Positions 34,360 through 47,119 of a DNA stretch of 64,000 nt are shown here, piece after piece. The first letter of the stretch is position 1; each line of letters opens with the position of its first letter. Origin of the DNA: Lama glama (lineage: Eukaryota). Below the pieces are notes generated by a model that ran no database searches, had not been told where the DNA came from, and saw nothing but the letters and a program-made list of their open reading frames with translations. Where the stretch lies: the NCBI GenBank assembly GCA_028534125.1, contig CM052817.1:42348001-42412000 (forward strand). Direction: 5' to 3'. The position numbers were made by a program, and so were the translations under genes.

Positions 34360-36900
34360 GGGGGCTCTGCCTCCAGTATAACAGTGCAAGGAATTCTATG
34401 GACTTGCTTCCAGCAAAACTGATAAAAAATATTTTTATAAAAAGCAACTATTTAAAGTCTCTGAAAATGGATCTAAGAGCATACAGCATTTCATACAGCA
34501 AATGAAAAAATATTCATTCAGGAAAATCTACTACAACTTGGCAAGAACAGCAAGAGTCGATGGTATTTGAACCAAGACCCAACTCTCTCCTTTGCTCTCC
34601 CATCTCAGCAAGACAGAAACTCCACTCCAGAGTTGTGTAACCAAGGATGCAGGACTCACTCTCATTTCCAGCTCCAAGTCAGAGGGCTATTTTCCTAGGA
34701 GGGGCAGCACAACAGCATTTCTCATCCTGCTCCCGACTATCTGTTGCTGAACCTAAGTTCTGAGCAAGTATGACTGACAGGCAGGGGCTCCTGTCTCCCA
34801 CTCAGCCCCGATTCGCGGGCAGAGGCTATCTTGGGTGGAGCCTCACTGAGAATGCTGAAGCCTGTCCTTTGCCTTGCTTGTCAGGTGGGTGGAGGTTCCA
34901 TGTTGAGAGAGGCAAGCAGACAAAGCCCGAGGCTATGGTTTGCCCCCTTCCACTCAGCACTCAGCACCAAGGCAAGTGTGGCTTTCCGTTGACCCCACGC
35001 CTAGCTCCGGAGCTATGGCTAATATGTTTTGCCTGGAAGGAGAATCAGGTTGCATATTAGAAAGCTCTGACTCCTTTCCCAGAAGAACTGATTTCATTTG
35101 CAATAGGGTGTGGAGAAATTTAAGCTTCAAGGTGTCCTCAAAACCAGCAGGGATTGTGGCAACAAACATTTGATAGGAGGTTGGTAGATTCAGTGGGGAT
35201 ATAGGCAAAAGTGTTGGCTAGCTGTTTGCCAGAGATGTGGGGAAAGAGGCAGGGGGAGGAACACTTCCTGGGCCAGAACAAATCTCAGACAGGAGCTAAC
35301 CCTTCAAAGCAGCCTAATTTCACTGGATGTAATTCCATGGGATCTAATCTCATTGGATAGGTCGGCTGAACAATTCATACCCTAGGATATTGTTGAAAAC
35401 AACACAGCAAGTAGCTGGCAATCACAGTAGTGCAACTAGCTAGGTGCAGGCAGGGGAAAAGACAAAGGAAGTCCTGCCAAACACTGTCGTTTGAGGTTGA
35501 TGTAGGCTATCCAAGGCTGTGTGCCTCAGCAAACCGCATGAGAGGCTTCACAGAGTGGTAGGTCGGGGTGGGGTGGGTGATCTACTTCACAAAAATGGTC
35601 CAGTCCATAACAATAACAGACCCTGGCAGGGAGAGGCCAGCACCAAAATTGCCACAATATGTTATCTCTAATGTCACTTCCAACAAAAATAATTATGAGA
35701 CATGCAAAGAAACGAGAACATATGACCCACACACTGGGAAAAAAGCAGTCTGTGAGTGACTCGATGTCAGGGTTAATAGATGAAGACTTCAAAGTGGCAT
35801 TATAAATATATTTAAGAAACTAAAATGAGACTATGATGAAAGACGTACAGAAAGGTAATAATAGCAGTGTTGCAACAAATAGAGTATCAATAAGGAGATA
35901 CACGTTATAAAAGTAAGAACTAAATGGAAATAAGAACTACAGTTGAAATTTTCAGTAACTTAAATGAAAAATTCTTTGGCAGAACTCAAGAGTAGCTTGG
36001 AACAAGTCAAAGTAGTAATTAGCAAAGTGAAAATAGACTGATAGAGATAATGCAATCTGAAGGACAGAGAGAAGAAAAGAATTAAAATATATATATATTT
36101 AGAGAAATAAGAGACAGTACTGAGCACACCAACATACACACAATGTGAAGAGAGAGAAAAGAGAAAAAAAGAAATAGTTGAAAACCTGCCAAATACACTG
36201 CAAAACATTATACATTCACGAAGCTCACAAACTCATAGGCCAAGTGCAGAGATCCACAGACAGACAAGTCGCGGTACACATGGCGAACGCCAAAAGCCAG
36301 GAGAAAACCTTGAAAGCAGCAAGAGAAAAATGACTCATCCCGTACAGAGAACCCCCCAAAAAATAGCAGGTAAACTCTCCTCAGAAACAGTGGTGATCAG
36401 AGAGCGGTGGGATAACATACCCAATGTGCTCAAAGTGAAGACTGTCAACCAAGAATCCTGTATGCAGCAAAGCTATCACTCAAAACTGAAAGGAGAAAAA
36501 AGACTTTGAAAGATAAACTAAAAGTAAAATAATGTATTATTCACAGACCCGTCTTTGAGAAACACTAAAGGAAGTTTTTCAGGCTAAAAGCAAATGATCT
36601 CATATTTTTCAAATCCACAGAAGGAAACAAAGAACACCTATAAAGGCAAAAATGTTAATTGTGAAAGAGAGTATAAATGTATATTTCTTATCTTTTCTTA
36701 ATTTAAAAACCAATTGTATAAAACAAAACAATATGTATATAATGATTTTTTGAGCCTATAACACACAGATATGTAATACATTTGCCATTAAGAGCTCAAA
36801 GGAGGTGGATGGGAACACAGCTCAGCAGGGCTAAGGAAATGACTCCGGAGGGTAACTCGAGTCCACAGAAATAAATCAATACATCCAGAAGTGGTAAATG
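34360..36900 (+). mobile_element. Old L1 (L1MD/L1MC class) 5'UTR and decayed ORF1, with no ORF2
   Basis: 5' motif aagcaactatttaaagtctctg...attcaggaaaatctact; ORF1 remnants gaaaaccttgaaagcagcaagagaaaaa and tgtcaaccaagaatcctgtatgcagcaaagctatc. Confidence 0.8.
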
Positions 36901-39320
36901 ATGAATACTCTTGGTCTTTCCCCAAATCTGTCTTTGCTAACTGAGATACTGACTTAACTTAACTCTGTTTTTCACCCTCTCCCAAGAACCCAGGTGGTCC
37001 TTAGGCTGGCATGCTTTTGTGATGCTGGAGAAGGGACAAGAGGTGGGAGCCAAGGATCAGCAAGGGGTCTCTCTGCTGCATTTCCCAGGGGAGTTGAAGC
37101 CAGGAGCGTTAAGAGATGTGTGTGAGGAAAGAGGAATTAAAGAAGGCTCGTTGTGGAATCCCATCATGATATTCAATCAGTTTAAGTGAAAAAGAGAATT
37201 TATTTTGAAATTAACTTTCATTTACTGATCTGCACCTTTGACAGAAAGCTACCTGATCTATGTGATCCTTAGGAGAAAAGCGCCCACCACCACCTCTCTA
37301 GCCTTCCCCATATTTGCTTCAAGTCTTTCATTAGCGATTTTTTCATCCTGTATCTTGGACATTTTACCACTTGATGCAAATGGTACTTTTTATTTATTTT
37401 TACATCAATAATGGTAATAATCATTTTTATTACTTTATCAATAATACTAATTATTAACATTTCCTAGCCAAATAAGAGGCAGTTTGAAATAGAAGGAGTA
37501 ATTGATAGATCTGTTTCAGTATAGTTTCCATCATACATATCCTGGTGTCTTTGGACTATCCATTTAAATTCTTTTTGAGTATCAAGTCTCTAACCTATTG
37601 AATGATGGGCATAACTTGGTCAGGCGTCCTGTGAATAGACTTCAGTAGGTTTAAGAACACCCAGAAATTCTATACACAATTTTCCCAAGATAACTTATAG
37701 CTTTAAAATTATACAATGGCATTAACTGAACATCACATTTTTCCAGTCAAAATTTGCTTACCTCTTGCCATGTAAAATGTGATTGTTTCTCAATTTATTC
37801 AGTGTTCGGTTGTCTATGGAAAAAACAAAAGAATGGATTAAAAATTTACGAACATGGCGTTGGAGTCTCCTACTATATATTTCTGCTTCCATGACTCTTT
37901 CAATTCACAAAGGACGTGTGACTGCTCTTGTATTGGGATCAAAAGATAAGTCTCTGTTCTGTTTTTGTTTCTTTACATCTCTCTCTCTTTTTTTTCTTTT
38001 TAGCAGAAGCATCTTAATAGGTCATTCAACCCAGCCCCGAAGGTTGATGATGAGGAGACTGAAGGAAACTCTGCACTCTGCTGATTTAGCGAAGACGACA
38101 CTTCTAGTCCTGAACAGCCCTGGGGTCAGTGCCTTTCCACTCCTCTCTCCAGTCCTTTTGCAGCCTTGGTTTACTCTGCTGAGGTCTTACAGCTCTGTTT
38201 TGTATTCAAATTCATAAACTCTACTGTCCATTGGAAAAAGCAGAAGAAAGTGGAAATATGATAATGCAATTCAGTCAGTAGTGGGATGAAGCAAGAAAAA
38301 AAGATTTATTTACAAATGTTTGTGCTGGTGTAGCTTTGTTTCATTTCTGGTGAGATAGCTAAAATAATTTAAATGAATCTTATTTTTTAATTGATACATA
38401 GATTACACTTTCTGTGCTTGAAAGCAGAGGTAAATTTTAATCACAATTTAATTCTTATCTTTAGAGTCTTAGCCAACACTTTCTCTATGGAGGATTGGGA
38501 TGTGACCCAGTGCACAAAATAAGGAGAGAAAGTGGAAAGCATATTCTATGTGTAATATTAAACGCAGAGAACACACTTACTTTCCTTGGTATCTGTGGCT
38601 TGGTCAAAATCACCTCAAAGTTTGCGGACCTTTATTTACCCCCACAGAACACTAAACCACATTTCTTCAAGGAGTTGGGGAAATACACTGTTTGAATCTT
38701 GTTTATAGAGAACAATGGAGTATTTTCCAGGGGACTGTTTCTGATACAAGCACTTAGAGCTTGTAAAAGAACAATCAACATACATAAGCAACTTTTATAT
38801 GACCTCCTGTGGAAGGATATAGGAAAATTTCATATCCTAGAAAACACTTAAAGAAGGCAGATAGGTCAGGGGCCTGTCTGAAAAAAAAATGCATTTGAAG
38901 TCCTTGAACATAAGAAAGTCAACATGATGAATGAATAGAAGAACTGAAAGCTAAACTGGTTTTGGTTGGGGCAACTCAGAGATTAGCCACAGCAAGAAGG
39001 TCTTAGTTTCCCGAGGGAGAGAGAAACAAAGGAGGAAATTATTTTATTAGAATCCAGAAACCGGGGTATCTGAAGAGTGGTGGAACCAGGCTACCTGGCG
39101 GGAGTTGGAGCTGGGAATGAGTTTCAGTACCTGTAAGAATAGCTACTGGAAACAGAAACATCCAGGCTTCTCCTTTCCCACTTCCTATTCTTCCATGAGT
39201 TTCTCCCATTGCTAAACTTGCTGGGAAGCTGAGTAGGGAGCCCGGGAAATGCAGATTAATACAATGCAGAGAGCAGCAGAGCAGGGAAAGAGTGGAGAGA
39301 AGGACTCTGATAACAGGCAG

Positions 39321-39971
39321 TGTTATTGGTAGATGTAGCCGGTGTCCAGGTTCTTGCCCCATCCCAGAAAGAATTCAGAGACAAGACACAGAGGTTAAGA
39401 AAGTTAAGGGAAGACTTACTGAGGGATGGACAGTACACTCTCAAGGAGAGAGCAAACAGTCCCAGGTAAGCGGCTGCCCTGAGTTTTTTGGCAAGTTGGT
39501 TACATAGGGTGTAAAAATGAATGAGTAGAATATTCATTGGGAAGGGAGAGGTTTGGGGTCATATTCCCTGATTTTCATCCCAACTCCACCTTCCCAAAGG
39601 GAGGAGAGATTTTCCTTATTTAGTCCGGATCAGAAGTGCCATGGCATTGGTGCATGATGGATACTTCTAATCTGCAAGGCTAATTTTATTGAAATGAGTG
39701 CATAATAAGCAGAAGGTTGCAGTCAGACACTGGAGATTCCTACCTTTTCCTACCTTTCTTTGTTGGCCTCCAGGCTTCTCATCACCCCAGAAGGTGTAAC
39801 CACTTATCAGCCCAGAGGTTCCTGCTTTTCCTTCTCTGCCCAGGGACCCCTGGTGCTTACATGATGGGGTTTCCTATATTTGGCTTCTGCCCCTCCTTTC
39901 TGGCCAATCCCTGCCATCTGGCCTGTGTTCCCCTTTCTCTGCTGATCTCTAGCTCTCTGCCTGCTCTAACA
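39321..39971 (-). mobile_element. Lineage-specific ERV1-type solo LTR (651 bp)
   Basis: Inverted termini TGTTA...TAACA; 4-bp flanks gcag/gtag; aaagaattca motif near the left end. Confidence 0.85.
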
Positions 39972-40163
39972 GTAGAGGAAATATTTCTTTGCAGAAACAA
40001 TATCAAATACTCAAATGATTAGATGGCAACATAAGAAAAGATGTAACCAAGTACTCAGAATTATCCAGATGACTACAAGAGACGTCAAATATGAGAAACG
40101 TCTCTGGTTGGAAGGGGCAAGTGTGCAGGAATCAGAAAAACTAAGATATGCTGGGACGTGGGC

Positions 40164-40696
40164 TGTGACCAGATTTTGTTGGAGGAAACGGCAGGCCAGA
40201 GCACAGGTGGTAAAAGAAGAGGATTTAGAGGATTTAGAGCAAAGGGAAAGTTTTATAGACACACTGTTACAGGCGACAGTGGGCCACACAGACAAGAGGT
40301 GCCTGTGTGAGCAACGAGGTGAACGTAGGGTTTTTTATTGAGGGGAAGGGGCTGTAAACACAAGGGGTAGGGGGCTGCATGATTGATTTGTGCATAGGTA
40401 CCTGATTGGCTGTACGATCTGTCAGGTGCTACTCTGAATTCCTCATTTACAACTCTGATAAGGCCTGGACATCTGCCTGGGGTATTGTGAGGCGCAGTTT
40501 CCTGGGGCGGTTAGTTTTATTAGGGTAAACACACATCCCGAGAAGATGCTTTTATCTTGCAGAAATGCAGGTATGCAAGGGTCCTGCAGTGGGGAGTGGG
40601 GTTAAGGTGTCAATGGGCTCAAGGCACACAGAGAGCCCTGGAATGGGGATTTTATGAACTTTAGAGCGGCTTCAGGGAGCTCCAGCCGGCTCCACA
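40164..40696 (-). mobile_element. ERV1-type solo LTR
   Basis: TGTG...CACA termini; ctgattggct CCAAT box; ttttttattg (AATAAA on the minus strand). Confidence 0.55.
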
Positions 40697-40889
40697 GGTT
40701 TGATTTAGAAAGAAAGCAGGGAGGTATCAAGGATAGAGATGCAGCGTTAAAAAAAAGACAGAGAAGAATTATTCTGAAGTATGTGCGCGAGGTAGGGGTG
40801 GAGAAGGAAGGAGGTGGGCACAGCAGTCAAGTGAGGAGACCAGGAGAATAATTCCTTCCTCTTCTTTCCCTCTCTTTTATCCTTACTTC

Positions 40890-42180
40890 CCTTTCCCATT
40901 AAATCAACAGATGTTTACTGACTACTTTTTATTTGCACATACAGTAGCCTATAGTAGGTACAGGATATGCACTGAATAAAAAGGCCTCACTCTTGCCTTT
41001 GGGGACCTTACTGATGCAGAAAAAATGGATGTAGGGCGTGAGGAGGGCCACGTTCCAGGCTTTGGTTGAGCCCTGAGAAGTGTGGGTCCTTGGCTTCGCG
41101 CACGAAAGAATTCAAGAGCGATCCATATTTGAATAAAGGTAGATTTATTTACAGAGATACATCAAAAGACAAGAGAAAGGCCACGAGCTGTGGGGGTTGG
41201 GTGCTCAGATTAGAGTAAAAGTAGGTACACACTCCATAGACAGAGTGTGGGCCGTCTCAGAAGAGGGACAGATAGAGGGTGGTGGCAGCGAGGCACCGTG
41301 TTGCTGGTTTTTATGGGCTTGGTGGCTTCATATGCTAATAAGTGGAAGGACCAGTCTAACTAGCCTGGGGAAGGGGCTGGGATTCCCAGGAAGTTGGCCA
41401 TTTCCCACTCTTTGACCTTTGTGGCTAGCTCTGGGACTGCCATGGTGCCTGTGGGCGTGTTATTTACCATGTTAATACATTACAATGATGCTCAAGATCT
41501 GCTAGAAGTCAAATCTCCCACCATCTTGAGCCTCAGGGCCTACTGAGGGTTAATCTTCCACCATTTTGATGTTAATTGCTGTATCATTCTTTGAATGGCT
41601 GTGCCCTGCCCCCTTCCTGTCTCATTACTGTTTAATTAAAGAAATAGCCAATAAATCATTAAACAAACAAATATGTAATTTTAAATTGTGTGTGGAAAGG
41701 CTATAAAGGAAACAAACAGGGTGACATCAAGCAGAAAAATGTTCCGTAATAAGAGACAGATTGGGGCTTTTGACCCCTCATGCGGAAAACATTAAACAAT
41801 ATTTGGGACATATTTCCTGGTACAGTGGAAAACTACTCGTTGCAGATTCTTAACCAAGGAAGTTGCATGGGAGGAAATGACATTTTTTGCATTTTTTGAT
41901 CATCAGACTGAACTCTATATACGAAGCTATGATAGCAACATGAATAAAAATTGAATTTAGACCGTCAGCAGTTGTGGACAGAGAGAAAGCAAACTAGCCA
42001 ACACCTAATGGCAAACTTGATTCAGGGTTTAAGAAGAAGTCAAAGTTGATAAATATCATTTGGAAGGCCAGAATAATCATGATGTCATTAGTAAAGAAAG
42101 AGATGTTGGGGAAAGAAGCAGATTTACAGGGGAAAGCAATCAGTTTTGAACACATAATTTTAAAGATGATGTCTGTTAGA
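40890..42180 (-). mobile_element. L2 remnant split by the 41012-41624 LTR
   Basis: caacagatgtttactgactac...ctcttgcctttggggaccttac, continuing after the LTR. Confidence 0.6.
41012..41624 (-). mobile_element. Lineage-specific ERV1-type solo LTR (613 bp) inserted in L2
   Basis: TGA...TCA termini; perfect 4-bp TSD ttac (41008-41011, 41625-41628); aaagaattcaagagcg motif; retained CpGs. Confidence 0.9.
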
Positions 42181-42665
42181 AAAGTGATGCAGCCAATTCT
42201 CCTGATGTGATTGATTTTATTTATAAGTAATTAATAGAGAGAAATTGGGGTGCAAGGGTATATTCTTAGAAATTTGGAGTTTTGTAATATCAAGCTTTTA
42301 AGGTGATGACAGAAAATACAATAGGATTGTTCTCACATAGTATGATAATCCATATACATTTAAAACTGTTTATAACAGCTGAGTCTGAGAAGCGTGTTAT
42401 ATAGCTTAGGGTCCAAGAGATTGTTCGCGGAACGCATTAGGTACTCAGTCTACTTAATGATGATTAATTAGAATTATGCAGATCCCTGAGAAGGCAAAGA
42501 TACCGCTCAGGATCATTGGAGTGCTGATTCTGCTTTCTTGTCCTGGATTGTATGTAGCCTTGCAGACACTGAATGTGATACAAAAGCAGGGAAAAGTCTA
42601 ATTTGTCCTAATACTATTTAGGGGGAAACGCACTGATTTTTGAAAACTATTCTGGCACAGACACC

Positions 42666-43184
42666 TGTAGAGGACACTGCTAGCGCTCCACCCATCTGCC
42701 CTCAGGTCTTTGCCATTTTATATACACGAGGTCTCAGTCATGCATTTATACACATGAGGTCTCAGTCATGCTTTTATTCTGAATAGCCAGTACCTGTGTT
42801 TCTTGGCAGGCAGATGCTCGCGAACTTTTAGATTCCACTTTCTGAACTGCACAGAGATCTCAGAACTCCTGGGAGCTTACTCCTCCAGCCTCACCACCAT
42901 GGGCGGTGTGTAAGCAGTGTCTTGTCAGAGGGGAACTGAGAACTCAGTCCTGTTGCCATCTGATTGAGGATGATGTTGAGAAATGACCCACACTGTCTGC
43001 AGAGCTCCCCTGTGGAACTGAGCCAAAGTCTTCCTGGGACTTAGGTTGCTATGACTCCCTGTGTGGTCTCCTCTCCTTCTAGATCCCTCTTCCCTAATTA
43101 TCTAAATTTTTCCTGGGAACACTTCCTAAAAAGACACTTTTATATAAATCCTCATTTTGGAGCCTAAAACCAACCTAACTAAGG
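42666..43184 (+). mobile_element. Ancient ERVL LTR (LTR16/LTR33 class)
   Basis: tgtagaggacactg...tttcctgggaacacttcctaaaaagacact...aatcctcat 3' end. Confidence 0.65.
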
Positions 43185-43708
43185 TGTATTGGTTTTCTAT
43201 TTGCTGCTGTAATAAATGACCACAAACTCATTGGCTTACCATAACATGAATTTATTATCTTATAGTTCTGTAGGCTAGAGGTCCAACAGGAGTTAAAACC
43301 AAATCACTGTTAAAACCAGTCACTGGACTACAACCAAGGTGCTGCAGGGCTGCATTCCTTTTTCAAGGTTCTAGGGGAGAATCTGTTTCCTTGCCTTTTT
43401 CTGATTCCAAAGGCCACCCACATCCCTTGGCTGTTGACACTGTCTCCATCTTCAAATCCAGCAAAGGCTAATTGATTTCTTCTCATATCACATCACCCCA
43501 ACTTCCTCTTCTGCTCCCTCTTCTGCTTTAAAGGACACCTGTGATTATACTGGGCTCACTCAGATGATCCGCAATAATCTCTTCATGTTAAATTCAGCTG
43601 ATTAGCAAACTTAATTGCATTTGTGATCTTAATTCCCATTTGTCTGGGAAACTTAACATAGTCTCACGTTCTGGATGTAGGGGGCTTGTCATTATTCCAC
43701 CTACAGCA
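43185..43708 (-). mobile_element. MLT1 (MaLR) LTR
   Basis: tgtattggttttctatttgctgctgtaataaatgaccacaaac...tttattatcttatagttctg...ctaggggagaatctgtttccttgcc. Confidence 0.9.
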
Positions 43709-45109
43709 GATGTTAAACCCTGAGTATAAAAAAAGGCTTGTGATAAGAAAAATCAGACTGTTCTCTCAGAGCACGCATTATTCTACTCTGTTTAAAGTGT
43801 TATCAGTTTCTGTCTTTTTTTGGGAACTGGAGTCACCAGAAAAGATAAATTACATCTGTTTCTAACTTGTTCGGTCCATCTTGCTTCTGTTAATTATTTG
43901 TGTCCTTGGCTAATTAAATTCGGAATTTAATCTAATCTGTGTGTATCTGGGGAGGGTAGGGAGTCTCTTCTTGCTAAACCACAACCAACACAAAAGACCT
44001 TAAGTTCAGCAATGATGAAATTGTAATTCACTATTTTTTCAGCTTGAAAATTAAGAATAAAAAGTATGAGCAATACTTCTTTGCTAGTGAGTTCTCTATC
44101 TCAGTGTTCAGGAAGAGACTGAGTGGCAACTGCTTAAGGATATTGCAATGAGAATTAGAAGTTTGATACCTGAAACTAATATAATAGTGTATGTTAATTA
44201 TAACAATAAAAAAGAATTCAAAGTATGAGGTTGTTTCTAAGCTCTCTTTTATCATATGTTTTATTATTATAATTCTATCAACACAAGGAGGTTAATAATA
44301 ATTTGTGAGCTGTCTTTCCATCATAATATACCTCAACCAAGGTGCCAATCAACAAGGCAGAAAGAAGGCTGTACCTGCAGCAAAAGTTGCTCACCTTCTG
44401 ACCAGGGAAATAATGCAAAACAAATTGGGAAAGGACAGAATTCTGAATCATGTTACAAAGGAAGCTTTTCAGTTTCCAGGAAAGTTTGGAAAACTCTCCA
44501 TTGGGAGACTCTTGTAAGGTGCACAGGGCCATGAATTAAGTGCTCAGGTGAAAAAGGATTTTAGAAGCCAGAAAATAGATGTTTAAATATGTTTATGCTA
44601 TTGTATTTGAAGCCAAAAAAGGAGACACTAGGATTGTTTGTCATATCTTAACTGCTGCTGAGAAACTAAGAAAGGTGTTTCCAAAGTGAGGTGCCAGCTA
44701 GCGCTGGAAACCCTTGGGGGCTGCTTGCCAAGACTGTAAACTCCGTTTGTCACAGAGCCTGTGTAGTACAGAGCTTCTTCTAAATTTATCATTTCCATTT
44801 GTTTTTGTCATAGAATTATAAACAACGTGAGGTTAGACACATGAAACTGCTATATGTGTTGCTTCTTTTCGCTCTGTCAGAAGCAGCTTTGTTTAATATC
44901 AACTGCACTGTTAAAATCTATGAGGACTCAGATCCCACTAGATCCTGAAGTCTTAAGGGTGAGAGATGGCTGATGGTTGTCTTGTTCCTTTCCTTATGCT
45001 CTAAATTGCTCAACAAATGAATGAAAGAAGTGAGTGAATGGATTATTGACTAAAAATCAGTGTAGAGGTGTTTCTTCAATGTTTTGTGAAATATCTTATT
45101 GAGCAGATA

Positions 45110-45190
45110 CAGTAAATGGAAACATGTGAAATTGCTGATTTATTAATATTACTGATTTATAAAAGGGTGATTTCTTACAGTTCAACTGAG
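45110..45190. mobile_element. MADE2-like mariner MITE (about 80 bp)
   Basis: acatgtgaaattgctgat...aaaagggtgatttcttacagttcaac, degenerate inverted-repeat structure like MADE2. Confidence 0.45.
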
Positions 45191-45335
45191 CAGATGACTG
45201 GTTAGTAGTTCACTTGTCTTTCCTCCCCCCCAAATATTATATTCAGAATAAATTAGTTTATTAGATCCCTATTAAGGGCCAGATATTCAGATAAATGTTT
45301 TTCCATGTTATCTTGTTTAATCCTTAAAACAACCC

Positions 45336-45862
45336 TAGTAGGCAGAATTCTAAAACAGCCTCCAAGATCCCCACTCCCGGTGTACATTTTTGTACATTAT
45401 CCCTGAGACTGCAAATCTCATAGATTTTACTTACATCATTAGATTATGTAATGTAGCATCATTTAAAGAAAGGGAGACCTAATCACATGAACCCTTCAAA
45501 TATTATGGGTCTACAGATCAGACACAGAGAAAGTCAGAGATTTGAAGCAAGAGAGGGATTTGATGTGAGGGAGAGTCTTCCACTGCAGGCTTTGCAGATG
45601 AAGGGACCACGTGGCAGGGAATGTGGGCAGCTTCTAGGTCTGGAGTGATCCTACATTTACAGTAGTAGGGAAACAAAGGACTCAATTCACCAACAGCAAG
45701 AATGTAAGTTCTGCCAACAGCCCATGTCCTTTGAAGAGGATCCTGAACCACAGATGAAACTGCAGAGACAGCTGACACCTGGGTTTTCCCTGGTGAGACC
45801 GTGAACAGAGAACTGTCATGTGTGATCTATAGAAAGTGAGAGATACTAAGTTTGTGTTGTGT
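45336..45862 (+). mobile_element. MLT1 (MaLR) LTR
   Basis: taggcagaattctaaaacagcctccaagatcccc...ggctttgcagatgaaggg...gggcagcttctagg...tttgtgttgt. Confidence 0.85.
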
Positions 45863-46882
45863 GGAAGTTCCTGTGAACAGAGAATGAACACAAAGCCTCT
45901 CAGAACTTTCATTTCATTTTCCAAAAGAGGAATGGAGACTCAGTATTAATGCCTGATTTTCTCAGGGACAAATAGAAAATATTTTAACATATGACTTTTG
46001 ATTATGTAGTTAATATTTTTTTCTAATGTCCCTTTGTAAAGAAAAGAGGTTTGGAAGAAGAAGCGAGAATTAGAGTTTTGTCAAGTCCGTGATAAACCCT
46101 CATGTAGACAAGAGATCACAAAAAAGTCATAAGGAAGGTCCCTTAATTGTGGCTCTATTAAGCCTTTTACCTTTCTGGGTGTTTTAATTAGGAACATAAA
46201 AGATTCTCTGTGAACTCAGTTTGAGTATGATTGAAAGATATTTGGCAAGAAAGAATCACATGGTGTCGGGTGAGCTTAAATGTCTTTCTAAAGTGAGAGA
46301 TATGCCTGTGGTTTGTGGCAACTTTCGGAGTTCAAGTTATTCCTCCTTACTTGTTTCTTTTTTGCTGAGAAAACAGCACACCAACCTCAACATATGATGA
46401 ACTATTTTTCTTGTAAATCACATTATGCTGTTTCATCCCATGTTGCTGTGTTTCTTGTGAATCTCCAGGTAGAAAAGCAGCATATAGCAAGATCATCAGG
46501 TAAGCTCTATATAACACATTGTGTGTGTGGGGGGGGGTGGGGGGGTGTGTGATATCATTTTGACTTCTAAACCCATGACATGTACTGGTCATATTTTATA
46601 TAAATCATGTAACTAGGAAAAGTCCTAAGAAGATTTCTTCCCAAGTTACTCATAATCCCAATATATCGAAGTTGACTGGCTTTTAAAAATGAATATTATT
46701 CTAGACATAGAATATTTATTTGCAGATAAAAGGATAGATAGAACAAAAATTAATACACTATAGTCATATTTTAAAATAAATAAAATAAAATACTTGAGAG
46801 AAAAGAAATGAAAAGTATGCTGAACTTCAGATAATTAACTTCCTTACCACATGGCATATTAGTTCTAGAAGAACCCTCTGAA

Positions 46883-47065
46883 GCAGAAATGGGCAAACTG
46901 TTTCCTTAGAGGACCAGAGAGTTAAGTATTTTAGTCTGTGGGCCACACATGGTTTCTGTCACACATTCCTCGTGTGTGTGTTTAGGGGAAGGGAGTAGGG
47001 GATGTATTTACAACCCTTGACAGTTTTAAAAACCAGTCTTATTTTCAGGGCTGAACAAATAGCCC
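46883..47065 (-). mobile_element. MER58-type hAT MITE
   Basis: ggcaaactgtttccttagaggaccagagagttaagtattttagtctgtgggccac. Confidence 0.7.
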
Positions 47066-47119
47066 AAGTAAGAATAAAATATTATGACAAACATGAAGAG
47101 ATTAGACTAAATTTTTAGT

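Noticed and set aside
37783..38217. 144-aa hydrophobic ORF
   Set aside because: Non-ATG start, runs through a T-rich tract and a MIR-like remnant; the hydrophobicity reflects base composition.
42716..42778. Direct repeat containing gaggtctcagtcatgc twice
   Set aside because: Simple tandem duplication in an old LTR; not a CRISPR-like array.
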